DNA of 61,953 nucleotides, filler included. It is 9 parts of 9 records of this genome, joined end to end, with 100 filler letters (N's around TTAATTAATTAA, not from the genome) between each part and the next. Parts side by side here need not be neighbours in the genome. Positions count along the whole stretch, not along the records: positions 37,419 to 48,567 come from SRR7504441_1666; positions 48,668 to 56,650 come from SRR7504441_1669; 7 more parts are not named here. The stretch is one strand, 5' to 3'. Below, piece after piece: positions 37,977-50,581 of this stretch. The number at the start of each line of letters is the position of its first letter. The stretch's first letter is position 1. Position numbers and translations under genes: made by a program. The notes under the pieces were generated by a model that searched no databases, was not told the origin of the DNA, and saw nothing but the letters and a program-made list of their open reading frames with translations.

Positions 37977-38685
37977 TCATAGGCTACATGATATTTCTAA
38001 CACCTTGGGATCACAACCTCGAAACGCTTTTGGCCGAGTTTTGTTGCGCGTCGTAATTTCATCTGAGAGAGCTTGCAGCCGGTGTTGGAATTTTTCGAAC
38101 AATGCTCTCGTGTCCGCTTTGTGTTCATCCAAGTATAAGTGAGTCCAATCAGAATCGAGCAACTGTGGCATCTTTATACCGGTAAGTGACAACAATGCCG
38201 CGCCTTGGAAAAATGTCAATACATCGGGGCGCGTTTGGTTCGCCGCACAGATTCTAGTTGCTTAGCTTCCCAAATGAAACCATGGATTGCCTCTGCGTGG
38301 GCCCTTTACGCGCTACAGTGGCTTTTGAGAGGTCAGGTGGATTTACGATCGCCTCCCGAACGAGCCGACGTAGCAGGTTGATGAAAATCCGGGTGTGTAA
38401 GTTCATCCGTTTTGCCCACTCTCGGTCGGTGGTGCTGGTCAACAGCTGGTGCCTCTCTGGATCAGCCAGCAGGGCCACAACGCGCGTGCCGCTATATGCT
38501 GGGCTGGTGGCACATCGCAGCACATCCGCTGTGTCGACAGGCTGGAAGCACCCAAAGCAGCGATCCAGCCCACAGCGCAGCGCGCAACGAAATAGGCGCA
38601 GGCAGCAGCTCAGGTCCTCCTCTGGCTGGGTGCCATCGACCAGGCCAGAGTGCGACTCCGGGGCCACTCTACCATCGGTGGCCAT
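37977..38685 (-). pseudogene. Lipoxygenase-like gene lacking its catalytic core
   Basis: The C-terminus FQHRLQALSDEITTRNKTR...DPKVLEISCSL resembles lipoxygenase ends and is joined out of frame to a 140-aa N-terminus at about 38260. Confidence 0.55.
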
Positions 38686-39333
38686 CCACGGTCAGCACCC
38701 GTTCTTTGGGTAGGTCGTGCATCCCTCGCGAGGGCTGCGCTAGCAATACACGGCAGGACACCAGCATGCAGGAACTGATGAGCCGGCGGTGGATGTCCCG
38801 CACTCGGTGGCAGCGGCCCACTCGCCCCGATGTCAACCCGGAGGTCATGTTCAGGCTATAGGGCTGGTGAGTTTGACACAAAATAGATCATAGCATTACA
38901 CTAAGGGTCCTCGAGGCTAGCTTACGTATACAACAACAATAATCGCAATATACTTTACAATTTACAGGCTTATAATACGAGTGTGCACGTACAATCGAGG
39001 CTGGCTTACATGCTTATATAGGTACATGACATTGTAAGTACGTGCTGCCTATCATTGAATGCGATCGTCTGGCGGAAATCGTGAACTAGCCCATGCCGGT
39101 ACGGAGGTCTCTGTACTCCCACCATGCTGATACCTACTGAGTACCTGCACTGACCGGTCCAGTTCGTCATCTGCAGCTACGGTATCGGACTACGCTATCT
39201 ACCAGCTCGCCCAGCACCCGGTCAAGATCAGTCTGCCCCGCGGCTCGCACCCGCCGCTCGCCCGGACAGCCCACCTTAGGCACAGTCGGCTGCTCCGGCT
39301 CCTCCTGCCCCCCGGACTCAGCGGGCAGTCAAC

Positions 39334-39843
39334 TCACACCGGCACCGGCAACAGCCACCAGCACTTGACCTCAGCCAGCCCGAAGCTGCGCCAGCATGGG
39401 CTCGGCTGGCTCAGAGCTATCCTGATCGCCCGGACCGGCCGCTCCGGGTCGAACCTGGACGGGTCGAACTGGCTTATCTCAATAGTGTGCCACTGCTGGG
39501 CGTCATTCTCCAGGTGCGGATCCCGCATCAACGGTAGGTCCGCCAGCACCGGGAGCCATTGATCGTCTGGCCCACTCTGGCGGGCGCCCAGGCCGGGCCG
39601 GGCACCGTCGGCGTGCTGGACCTGCACTCCGATCGCGGCGCAGTAATAGTTTTGGAAGGTGACGAAGTGGATCTGCCGAGCCGGCTGGCGGCGGCCCTGG
39701 TGGTGGTGGGCTACCCGAGCTGGAGGATGGAGCACAAAGTCCTGGTGCACGTGACACGGCCGCCGCTCGGCGCTCCGCTGCTGGTCGCACGCCAGCACCG
39801 GGAGCTCGACCAGCCCGGCTGGCTGGGCCACCGCGCCAATCAT
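39334..39843 (-). CDS. NICN1: Nicolin-1-like (tubulin polyglutamylase complex subunit)
   Basis: TFQNYYCAAI, LMRDPHLENDAQ, IALSQPSPCW.SF; start uncertain. Confidence 0.8.
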   Translation of the reverse strand: MIGAVAQPAGLVELPVLACDQQRSAERRPCHVHQDFVLHPPARVAHHHQGRRQPARQIHFVTFQNYYCAAIGVQVQHADGARPGLGARQSGPDDQWLPVLADLPLMRDPHLENDAQQWHTIEISQFDPSRFDPERPVRAIRIALSQPSPCWRSFGLAEVKCWWLLPVPV

Positions 39844-39944
39844 CCCTCCCCCGCTCCGCGCCGTGTCCAGCTCGCCGTCATATGCAGCTGCAGATCTGGC
39901 GCTCAAAATTGATGGACTGATGATGAGCAGAGGATGAGCAGAGG

Positions 39945-41146
39945 ATGAGCTTCGACGATTGCCCGTCGCCCGAGCTGGGCTGGCCGTCGGACGGGTTCAA
40001 TCTGGCCGACCAGGACCGGCTGCTCGAGATCGCCCGCAGGTGCCAGCTCGGCCCGGGCGCCCACCGCCAGCCGCCGGGGCAGCGAGGTGTTCGACCTCCG
40101 GGTGCAGCTCGACATCCAGGCCCGGCAGCTCGAGCCGCTCCGGTGCCCCCGGCCCGGCCCGGCTCATTTGGGCCTGCCAGCGAGGCGGCTGACCGGGCTG
40201 AGACGCTGGAAGTAGAGTTGGAGGCCGCGCTGGCCGAGAACCAGGCGCGCCACCCACCGGCCGGCCACTGACCCACCGGCAGCGACACGCTGTGGCCGCC
40301 GAGCGGCAGCAGGCGACGGTGGAGATCCTGCAGGCCGAGGCGCGACCCGAGCAGGGCTGAGCCGGAGCCTGTGGGGGCAGATCGAGAACCTACAGGCTCG
40401 GGCGGAGCAGGCCGAAGTTCTGTGGAACAGGGCCGCCGCGGCCGGACATCGGGAGGGGTGCCGGCTGATTGCGTGAGCGGGCACACCACCCGGGACTGAC
40501 CGGGGGGGGCGAGGCAGTGGGTTTCTCGGCCGGTGGGCCAATCAGACGACGGTCTGGTTGTTTAATGTATGGAGAGGTGCTGTGGTAGACAGGTTTCCGC
40601 CCGCCTTGCCCGGCTTAACCCGCCGGCAGGGCCTCCTGGCGGCTGGGGATGGCTCGCCGGGCCTCATTCGCCGGGTGTGCGGTCCCTTCCCCGTGGGTCG
40701 GTCAGTAGGCGCGCGGCTCAGTCTGTTGCCACAGGCACCGGCCACCGGCGCGGGTGATCAGGCGGCAAGTGGGTTGTCAGACCACGCCAGAGCTGCGTCA
40801 GATGGCAGTTACTGTCCCGCGCGCCGGCGAGGCGGATGCGGTGGTCTCGCCTCGGGCGCTCAAGTACTCGGATCAGATGGAGAAGGAGTACTTGCAAGTT
40901 AAGCAACAGTGGAAGCAACACAGGTGCCCAGGGTGCTGCTGGGCGCTCAGGCTCGGCAGCAGCGAGCCGGTGGAGCAGCCAGCGAACGGCCTGCTGCCGG
41001 TCCAGCTGCAGAGCCAGAGCATGGCGGTGGCGGGGCCCGGGGGCGGGCTGAGCTTGGGGTGGCAGAGCGTCCCGACCATCAAGGAGGCGGTGCGCACCAT
41101 GATCAGCTCGAGGGGCAGGCGCAGGTCGCTCGGCCAGATCATCTGA
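39945..41146 (+). CDS. Unknown intron-containing protein
   Basis: Series of GC-rich frames with short GT-AG introns. Confidence 0.35.
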
Positions 41147-41501
41147 GGCCAGCTAGACTTGGGATACCGGGCCACATGAGCGGCTGAGCTCTACCGCTCT
41201 ACTCGATGGATACTGGATTCATTCATAATTATAACTTGGGATAAACTTGGGAGACTATCGTCAGTAGTTTAAACGCCTACTGAGGTAACTGGTTCGGCCC
41301 GATACCGCAATAACCATACCGCACTAGGCCATGTCTGTCTGCGGGGCTATTAAAATCGTAGAATCCTACACGCGTACACGCGTACATGTACCCTGTAGCT
41401 GCGCTGCGCTGCATTGGAGGACAGAGAAGAGCAGAGCACGGTACAAATAATAAGTCTTTGGCGTTGAGGACTTATTCTCCATCATCAAAAATCCTACAAC
41501 C

Positions 41502-44500
41502 ATGGCCCGCTTCTGTGTTGGGTTGATTGCGTTCGCGTCCATCGCGCTTGTGATGCTGGCCGCGGCCGAGAGCGAGCTTCTGAGCGCCGATATCGAGGGA
41601 ACTACCGAGCTGCTGCAAGAGGCGGCCAAGGAGGGAGCCGAGGCCAAGGCCGGGCTCCAGGCGGAGGCCAAGAGTGGGGCCAAAGCCACCATGCGGATCT
41701 GGGACCACGAGGTGTCGATGGCCGAGGTGGACATGGCCAAGAAGAAGCTGGACACCGTCCTCCGGAAGGTCTCCCTCAAGCGGCCGATGATCATCGGCTC
41801 CATCGCAACGTGCGCGCCGCATGCGGCTTGTCTCTCACGGGGGGGGCAGGATCCAAGAACTGACCGACAAGCCGGAGATGCTCGGCGAGGGCAAGCTCAC
41901 CGGCGGGTTCAAGAAGCTCAAGAAGGTGCTCCAGAAGATCGACGATCTCGAGCGCGAGTTGCTCGCAGAGGAAACCGACCTCAAGGCTAAGATCAAGGCC
42001 GCCAAGGCCGGCTGCGCCAAGCAGATGCGTGACTACGAGACCCAGCTGGCGGACTCCATGGAGCCTTCCCTGGAGAAAGATATCAGCCGCATCCAGAACA
42101 AGCTGAATCATATCGAGAAGAACACTGGCAAGGCGAAGCGGTCGCAACAGAAGCAGCTGGAGGAGTTCGGTTCCAACCTGAAAACGGGCCGGGCCGAGAT
42201 GAAGGCGGCCTACGACAAGTTCTGGACCGAGAGCGATGACCGAGCGATGGTGCGCAACGTGCTGATGCAAGCTGTCTGGCTTGTGTGCTATGGATTCCGG
42301 AAGTTCCGTCATGACCAGTTCTGTGAGAACCTTCGCAAGGAGCCGGACTTCTCCGAGGAGTCGGTCGAGCACTCGGGCGTGGCCAAGACCAAGGAGGGCG
42401 GGATCGAGCCCGGCGGCTTGGCTCCGATGCTCAAGCTGATGCCCGAAGAGGACTGGTCTGAGACTGCGCTCGAGAACAGGCGAGTCAGCTATTCGTTCTC
42501 GGCTACCATGGAGGAGATCTGGAGCAAGCAAAAGATCGCCGATATGCACGCGGTCAACTCCGTCGATGGCGACCCCGACATGGAAAAGGGTTTCGTCAAC
42601 AACCGCGCCCCGTGGGGCGTAGATCCCCCGAGTGCCCAGACTGCACTTATTCAGGAAGCCACCGGCGTGAAAGCCGAAGAGCTTGAGGAGGACGGCACCA
42701 TGGCCAGCGCCAAGATCGCCGCCCGGCTCGACTTCTTGATGCAGGCGCACAACCTGCCCGAGAAGGCATCCGCTCCGATCATTGACTTGATCGAGCTGTT
42801 GCAAAAGGACAACGGCGATGACACCGAAGCTGCTGAGGAGGAGGCTAAGAAGGCTCAGGAGGCTAACGCCAAGGCCGCGAAGAACGGGGATCTCGGAGAG
42901 GGAGAGGGAGAGAGTGGACGGCCGTGGTGGAAGGATCACTTCAAGTCGTACCATGCGGATGACCGGGCCAAGAAGACCCTGGTGATGCTGATGGTTGACA
43001 TCGAGCGCGAGCAGGGTACGGTCCAGCACGAGGAAGACAAGAAGTGGGGCAAGATGATCCTGCTGGGCCGAGATGCCGCGTGGGACCAGACCCAAGCTCT
43101 TATCAGCGAATCAAAGGCTGAGGTGAAACTGTACAGTCGCATGATGAAGGATCACGCCATCATCGACCGGACCAACTCCCACGCCACCGATGTCAAGTCC
43201 AGAATCGATTTGACGATGAAGACGATGCACGACAAGTTTGAGGAGTGCACGATGGATTGGTTCGAGATGGCTCTTCAGCTCGAGGCCAACGAGGAAGAGC
43301 AGATCAACATCAAGCGGCTCAACAGTCTGCTGCGGTTCCTCGCTCTCGGCGAGAGCCCGAAGACCATGTGCCAGCAGACATCCGACAGTGAGAACGAGTG
43401 CAACCAGCAGACGGACCAGGGGCAGTGTACTTGGCTGGATCGTGGCAAGGGAGAGAATGGCGGTCACGCCGTGGACGGAGGTGTCAGCGGAGACGGAACT
43501 GACGAGACGTTCTGTGCATGCGAGTGGGGCTACTACGGCGACCAATGCGACAAGATCAAGTGTCCGGGCACAGGAAAGGCCATGTACAAGCAATTCTGCA
43601 CTGATGATCAAGGCAATGAAGTGATGTGCGACGGTGTTTGCAGCAACCACGGCAGCAGGGACATTGGAGAAGGGACTGGCTGCGATGCTACCACTGGCAA
43701 GTGCACCCAGTGCCGCAAGGAGTACCACAGCGAGGGCGCGAGGGTCCAAAAATGCCAGTTTACCTTCTGCCCATACCTCGAGGAGGAACAAGGCAAAGCA
43801 CCCCCGGCGAACGAGCTGTCAGATCTGCCGCACAGGAGCGGTGATCTCAGCAAGGAGTGCGGTGATGGTGAACAAAAGCACGGTACCTGCGACAAGCGTA
43901 GCGGGCACTGCACCTGCGATGATGATTGGTATGGCATCCACTGCGGTTACAAGAAGTGCCCCGGCATCATGCTGAACGGTGTGGCTACTCTGTACCCAGG
44001 CTGGTCATCAGAAGTGTGCAGCCGTTCTGGCGAATGCACCCAATGGCCAACTGAGGGCTCAGTGAAGGGTGAGTGCGCTTGCAACGAGATCACTGAAGGC
44101 GCTGCGTGCGAAACAAAGGCTTGCGACGCTGCGGACGCTGATGCCAGCAAGGATTGCAATGGACATGGCAAATGCGATGGCAAAACCGGTCTGTGTGGCT
44201 GCGACGATGGCTGGTTCTCTGCATGGTGCACCGATGGTGAATGCTCTGCTTGCACTATGAGGAACTGCATTGACCAGTGCCAGAACCACGGCGTTTGCAA
44301 CAACATTCAGGGCCAGTGCAACTGTGACCCGAACTCGCCTGAGCCTACAAACGGTGCACTCTGCAAGTATGCGGGCCGTATGGAGCCTTACATTGCTGAT
44401 TGGTCTCGGAGTTTGGATAAGTGGGGCTGGTCGACTTGCGAGGCAGGAAACCTGGTGTACGGCTTGGCCCGTGATGGAGCCGGCGATGCAATCTACAACC

Positions 44501-44982
44501 TGGCGTATGCTGCCTGTGCCAAGCCTTCGGAGCAGGGCGCCATCATCGCTCTCAAGCACTGCTACCATGAGAACTGGTGGAAGTCATTTGACTTTGCCGG
44601 TGGCAAGTTCTGCCGCAAGAATTACTTTGTAGCCGGCCTCTTCCGGTCGCACTGCAACTCGCTCTACTGCATCGAGATGGCCAAGTGCTGCCAGGTCGAG
44701 CGCAGCTTGTGGAGCGATTGCCAATGGCAAGACATGAGCGGCATGAACCAATGCGACACACCGTTTGCTCCACCCGGTGAGGGGGAGGCAGAGGAAGCAG
44801 AGGGCGGAAAAGGAGGCTGCGCCTTCTCTTACGTTCAGGACAAATCTGCATGGATCGCCGGATTCTACCGCGGCCCCAAGCACACTCTTGATGCCCTCAC
44901 CCACATGCGCATCTGCCGGCCATACTTCGTTGGTTCGAGCTGCCGGCCAACTGAGAGTGGCACTGCTTGCGACCGCGGGTAA
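41502..44982 (+). CDS. Secreted coiled-coil + EGF-repeat + Cys/Trp beta-prism-like protein
   Basis: Signal peptide; intron 41810-41849; multiple C..HG.C....G.C.C...W.G..C EGF repeats; C-terminal W..S.D..G...C.....GL.R repeats. Confidence 0.85.
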
Positions 44983-45323
44983 AATAGACGACACTACAGC
45001 CCAGATGTAGAACTCAAAAGGCTGATTGAAGAGGATTCACGATGTTACGAGTATCATATCTATACAGAGAGCGGAGGAGGGTTCACGATTACAAAATACT
45101 TTATACGAGTAATGGGAGGCTACTGTATACAATACGTTAATATCAATGAAATTCAATGAATTTTCGCTACATGTGTATTAGATTGCCACATTGTAGATCA
45201 TGACCATGATTGTTCATACTCGTAACGCATCAAAATTACATAACAGTTTTTTGCACTCCCAAGCGCTTGCTGGATGGGCTACCGCTCTTCGAGTTAATCT
45301 GAAGTGTTTAATACTTATCTGTT

Positions 45324-45623
45324 TTATACTTTTCTTTGAATATAAAAAGTTGTCTCTCCCCAGTTCATGTTACCACGAACCCTAGCAAGAACTGCAAACT
45401 CTGCCGAGCCAAGTGGTCGGGTCGAAGTGATGATAATCGTGCCCGTTTGTAACCGTGGGGCGGCATTGCGTGCTTGGTCGATCTGCTGGTGCAGCTGGTC
45501 GATTTGGGCCTGGAGCTCGGGCGGCTTGGCCCCGGCCTGGAGCAGCTGGCCCTGCAGCGGGGTCAGCTCGCTGTTCAGCCGCTTGACTTCGGCCGTCGCC
45601 TCCTCCACTTCCTCAGTGGACAT
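45324..45623 (-). CDS. Small coiled-coil protein
   Basis: ATG ORF head-to-head with the epimerase; 3' end uncertain. Confidence 0.45.
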   Translation of the reverse strand: MSTEEVEEATAEVKRLNSELTPLQGQLLQAGAKPPELQAQIDQLHQQIDQARNAAPRLQTGTIIITSTRPLGSAEFAVLARVRGNMNWGETTFYIQRKV

Positions 45624-45688
45624 ACTGCTGGTCCACCTCTCACACCCACTCGACCCACTTCATCCTCTCTGAAAAAAAACGGACAGCA

Positions 45689-46731
45689 ATGTCACTGCAG
45701 CTGACACCAATCGGTCTGGTCGGGCTGCTGCTGCCTGCCTTGTGTGCTGCCAGCACGGTGGTGGTGACCGGGGGGCTCGGGTTCATCGGGAGCCACGTGG
45801 TGGAGCAGCTGGTGGCTGACCAGCACCGAGTGATCATCTTCGACGACAAGAGCAACGGGCACAACACCAACCGGCACGCCGAGTGGATCTTCAATGAGAT
45901 ATCGACCACCGATGACTTTGACAAGGTGACCCAACCGGTTGACTATGTGATCCACCTCGCGGCAGCCAGTGCGCCCCCGGGCCGCCCGCGCTCACTGTGC
46001 CGTGCGCAGTCTCGGTGGCTGAATCGATGAGCGACCCAGGCAAGTACAATCGGACCAACGTACGCGGCTCGCGCAACGTGTTCGAGTGGGCGCTGCGCAA
46101 GGGTGTCAAGCGGGTGGTCACCGCCTCGTCAGCCGCCGTGTATGGCGACAGCTCGCCCTTGCCCAACAACGAGCGGGCCGAGTACGGGGGCAAGTCGCCA
46201 TACGCCCAAACCAAATGGCAGATGGAGCTGCAGCAGCGCGAACTAGCTGCAGCCGGGCTGCAGAGCACGGCACTCCGGTTCTTCAACGTGTTCGGCCCGC
46301 GCCAGGACCCGAAGTCGCCCTACTCGGGTGTGATCTCAATCTTCCTTGACAAGGCGAGCAAGGGCGCGCCTCTCAAGATCTTCGGGGACGGCAAGCAGAC
46401 TCGCGACTTCATCTACGTCAAAGACATCGCCGGCGCCATAATCGCGGCGCTCGAACCGTTGTCCAACGGCTCGCCATTTGAGGCGATCAATGTGTGCCAT
46501 GGCAAGGAGATGTCGATCGCGCAGCTCGGTGAGACTGTGGTGAGCGAGCTTGGCTCTAGCTCGCAACTAGAGTTCCAGCCCGCTCGGGCCGGCGACATCG
46601 TGCGGTCGGTGTGCGACCCGACCAAGCTGAACCAGCTGCTCGGGTTTAAGCCGCGGTTTACGGTGGAGCAAGGCTTGAGGCACACGCGAGAGTGGTTCAA
46701 GCAGCAGGCCGGCTCCAAGCGAGAACTTTGA
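45689..46731 (+). CDS. NAD-dependent nucleotide-sugar epimerase/dehydratase with signal peptide and KREL end
   Basis: TGGLGFIG, ASSAAVYG, YAQTK, RFFNVFGPRQ, GDGKQTRDF; one intron at about 45969-46009. Confidence 0.92.
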
Positions 46732-46938
46732 GCCTCTAGTGCGAGTGTATGCACGCGTAAGGCGATTAAAGGCAGTGTGCGTACTAGAATAGGATTGAAA
46801 TTCATCTGGCATTGCTCCATTTATGTATATATATATGTTGAAACTTGTTCTTAACATGTTGTAAACATGTTGTGCGTTGAAAATTCTCAGTTGTTGTGCA
46901 TCGGAACAATGTGTACGTACGTACTCCCACTGCGACAA

Positions 46939-48567
46939 TCAACGGCGGGCCTTGAAAGTGAGCACGATCGCCGAGGCAACTCGGAAGACCAGAAAGATCC
47001 CCATGAGTATCCCAACGTACATCCATTTGTTGTCTGGGTTCACAGAGCTCCGCGGGTACAAGGCTGTGTCACACAGCCCGTACTGGCCACAGTCCCCGGT
47101 GTTCTTGTTCGGAGAGCCGTACACCCCGAGGTAATAGACATCCTTGCAGCCTGGGGTCGAACAGCTGGGCGCGTCCTCGAATTCCGTTAAGAGGATCAAA
47201 TTGATCGCATACTTTAGAGAGCACAGGTACTGTGCCCAGCGCATGAACGAAGGGATTTGGCTCACCTGCCACGATTCAGCTCACTGGGCCCGGCCAGCCC
47301 ACCGAGATGAAGAAGCCAGAGAAGAGCAGCTGGGGCACGAAGATGAGCGGGGCGGCCTGGAGGGCGGCCTGGATGTTGCTTGAGAGCGTTCCGATGAAAA
47401 TAGCCGACGAGGCTGCGGTAACCCCAAGCAGCGCTGTGGCAAGCATTAGGAAGAACCAATCGCCTTGGAAGCCGATCAGCCAGTAGACCACCAGCCAGAT
47501 CACGGAGCACTGGATGATCGCCATCGGGATCTCGCACATGAGCTTGCTCACGAAGTACGGCCAGGCCTTGTAGGTCCCTGTGGCGCACTCACGCAAAAAG
47601 ACGGGCGCCTCGAGCGGGAATTGCAGCAGCGCCGGCTGGGCCAGCCCAAACATGCTCCCAATCGCAACCTGCACACCAGATGAGTCCAGGTCCACCCGTG
47701 CGCCCGTGCCTGGGTGAGTGCGCCAAAGTGGTTGTTGATTGCTGTGGAGAGATGCGCGGCGCTGTCGAAGTCTCCAGAGTCCCAAAGCCCGGCGCCCTTG
47801 AAAACGAGACCCACAATCAAGTTGAGCATCAGCGTCACCACCAACTGCCCCGCTCAGGCTCAGCCGGCACCCCGCGGCCCGGTCCTACCTGTGCAGTCAG
47901 GCTAGCCTTATCTCTCACTATCCGTTGCGCCTCCCGCTGGGCTAGCCAGACCAGCTGCACACAGCTAGAGCTGGTCGGGCCGGAGCTCTGTGTAAGCGCG
48001 TTCAGCTTGGACATATACCGGCTCTCCTCGGTCTTGCGCCGGCCGTTCCCGGGCGAGACCCCGGGCTCATGCTCAACGCTCTGCCGCATCCGGCCATGTT
48101 GAGTCTGCTGCCAGAGCTGGTGAAGCTCTAGTGCGTGCTGCTGAGTGGAGGCCGTGTCGCCCGAGCCGGGGTGCTTCTGAGCCCAGCCGGAGGCGCGCGA
48201 CTTCTCCCAGTCCAGGTCTTCCTGCATGGTGAACATGACGAAATCTGCAGGATTGAAGTTGACCGCACAGTCAAAGTGCTGCTCGGCAAAGTACGGGAGC
48301 ATCGCCGACACCGCCCCGTGATAGACCAGCCGGCCGTCGGCCAGCAGCAGCGTGTCGTCAAACAGCGCAAACACCTCGCTGCTCGGCTGGTGGATGGTGC
48401 AGATCACCGTAACTCCGTACTTGGCCAGCCGGCGGAGCAACCGGACTACATTATACGCCGCATAAGAGTCCAGCCCGGATGTCGGCTCGTCCAAGAATAG
48501 AATCTTGGGCTGACTCACCAGCTCGACCCCTATCGCAGTCCGCTTCTTCTCGCCGCCACTCACTCCG
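46939..48567 (-). CDS. ABCG half-transporter, 5' truncated
   Basis: SGGEKKRTAIG, LDEPTSGLDS, TIHQPS and an ABC2 membrane domain; 3 introns. Confidence 0.95.
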
Positions 48568-49251
48568 NNNNNNNNNNNNNNNNNNNNNNNNNNNNNNNNN
48601 NNNNNNNNNNNTTAATTAATTAANNNNNNNNNNNNNNNNNNNNNNNNNNNNNNNNNNNNNNNNNNNNACGCGTTGAAGATGGCGACCAGGTTGAATTCTT
48701 GGCCTGGCAGCGGCAGTTGGTTCACCAGCAGCTCGCCGTTGTCCACACAGCACGTCCGCTCGGCGTCCAGTTGCGACTGCCGGCCGTGCGCCGCCAGCAC
48801 CGACACGCAGCTCCTGTTGGCCAGCCAGGATGCCCTACCTGGGTGCCCCAGCTCTGGGTGCGCCGGGTCAGAGGCTTTCATCGTGCCGCCGCTGTCTGGC
48901 GGATCGCCGGTCGGGTCACTGCCGCAACAGCGAGCCAGCTGAGGGCACCTGGGGATCCCGAAAAGGGCATGCGGATCGGTGCAGTTCGTCCGTTGGTCGC
49001 TATGTGGAATTGTGGATCGGGAGAATCATAACAAGTACGAGTACTTAACGCGAGTAAAAGTTCAAACTTACACTCAAGCTTAGTAGCTGCTGTATTAGCT
49101 CTATACTTGGTACCAGGTACAAAATTGGGTTGAACACAACTTGGCGGGTTGGCGAGCTCGAGTAGTAGACGAGTAGTAGAGAAGAGTCGGCGTTCAAAGT
49201 CGTCGGGTCTGATCAGAGCACCGACCAACAAGTGCTCTCTTGAGTGACTGG

Positions 49252-50474
49252 CTACATGGATTGTGGATTGGTGAACGCTTTGAGCAGCTGCTGCAGCGAG
49301 CGCACTTGCGAGGTGGGCATCAGATTGCGCCAGGGCTCCTGCAGCAGGCTTCACACAGCAACAGCCAATCGCTTCTCACCTTGCACATCATCGAGCAGAA
49401 CTCCTCAAAAGAGAGCACGCCGTTGTGGTCCAGGTCGGCCTTGCTCATCACGTCGCCCACGTTCTCCATAGAGTGCCCTAGCTCGGCCAGCACCACGTGC
49501 ATTAGCCCTGCCAGCTCTGTCTTGTCAATCACGCCATCCCTGCAGCTATAGATCAGCCCAGCCGCGCCTGCACGATCACCCATTGGTGTCCACTTTGGCG
49601 AACACGTCTTCCATTAAGTGCAGCACGTGGTTGTCGCTGTGCACGTGTAGCTCGACCTGCCACCCACTCGCGCTCCAGACTCCTAAAAGCTACACACCTC
49701 AAACTCCTCCTCAGGTGCCTCAGCTTCCTCCGGCTCGTCCGGCTGATCAGGCAGTGCGTCACACACCGACTCCAGGGGCGTCGGCTCCGGTGCGGGCTCC
49801 GGGTCTGCAGTGGCCAGCTCCTGCATCGTTTTGCTTTGAGCCTCGAGTGTCTTTTGGATCGCCCGCTGAGCCGCAACTTCCTCGCTCAGAGAGTCCGACG
49901 AGCCGGTCGGTTTGTTCCGGCTCTCGATCAGCTCGGCCACCAGCGCCCTGTCGGCGTCGCTGTAATCGGACAACGGGCGGGATGGCCCGGTGTTGTTGAC
50001 CAGGTCGGCGCAGGTGTACCCGGCCTTGTCCAGATCGCTGCCAGCCACGATCTTCCGGGCGGGCACCTCGCTCTCCGGCTCCGGCTCCGGCTCGTGCACC
50101 ACCACCGGGACCGCCACCCGCTCCGGCGGCGGCTCGGGGGCGGCGGCTGGCTTGAGGTCGTCCGCCTCGGCTGGCCGGTAGGACGGCGGCGGCCGCTGTG
50201 CGAACAGCGCGCCCCGATTGAAGGAGCGGCGGAGCGGGGAGGCGCGCCGCTGCTCGAGCGACTCGATCCGCTTGTCGACGTAGTTGGGGCCGGGCGGGGG
50301 CGCCAACGGGGCCCGGCTGTAGTGCGGCCCCTGCATCTGACGGAATATCTGGGGCATGCCTACAGATCCGCCGCTCGGATGCCCGACGGGATCGGGCGAG
50401 CGGCGCTGGGCGTCCAGCCGCGCCTTGACCTCCGAAACCCGATCCTGGCCGAACGGAGCTGCGTAGTAGGCCAT
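49252..50474 (-). CDS. EF-hand protein with Pro-rich N-terminus (3 introns)
   Basis: DTNGDGVIDKTE and DLDHNGVLSFEE loops after splicing. Confidence 0.8.
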
Positions 50475-50581
50475 CTCTGTCTCTCCCGAGCACACTTCCT
50501 CCTGTGAAGAAAAAAAAACGGCAGAGCTGTCACCGCTTTGTGCTCCGCTGCTCCGGCTCCCGGAGGTAGATCTAAGATCTA

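Noticed and set aside
41791-43095. Long antisense and alternative-frame ORFs (also 52317-53579, 17801-18985 and others)
   Set aside because: Shadow ORFs caused by high GC and codon bias of the real genes; no recognisable motifs.
48668-48890. N-terminus of the ABCG transporter across the gap
   Set aside because: Orientation fits, but there are no ABC motifs and adjacency across the linker is unproven.
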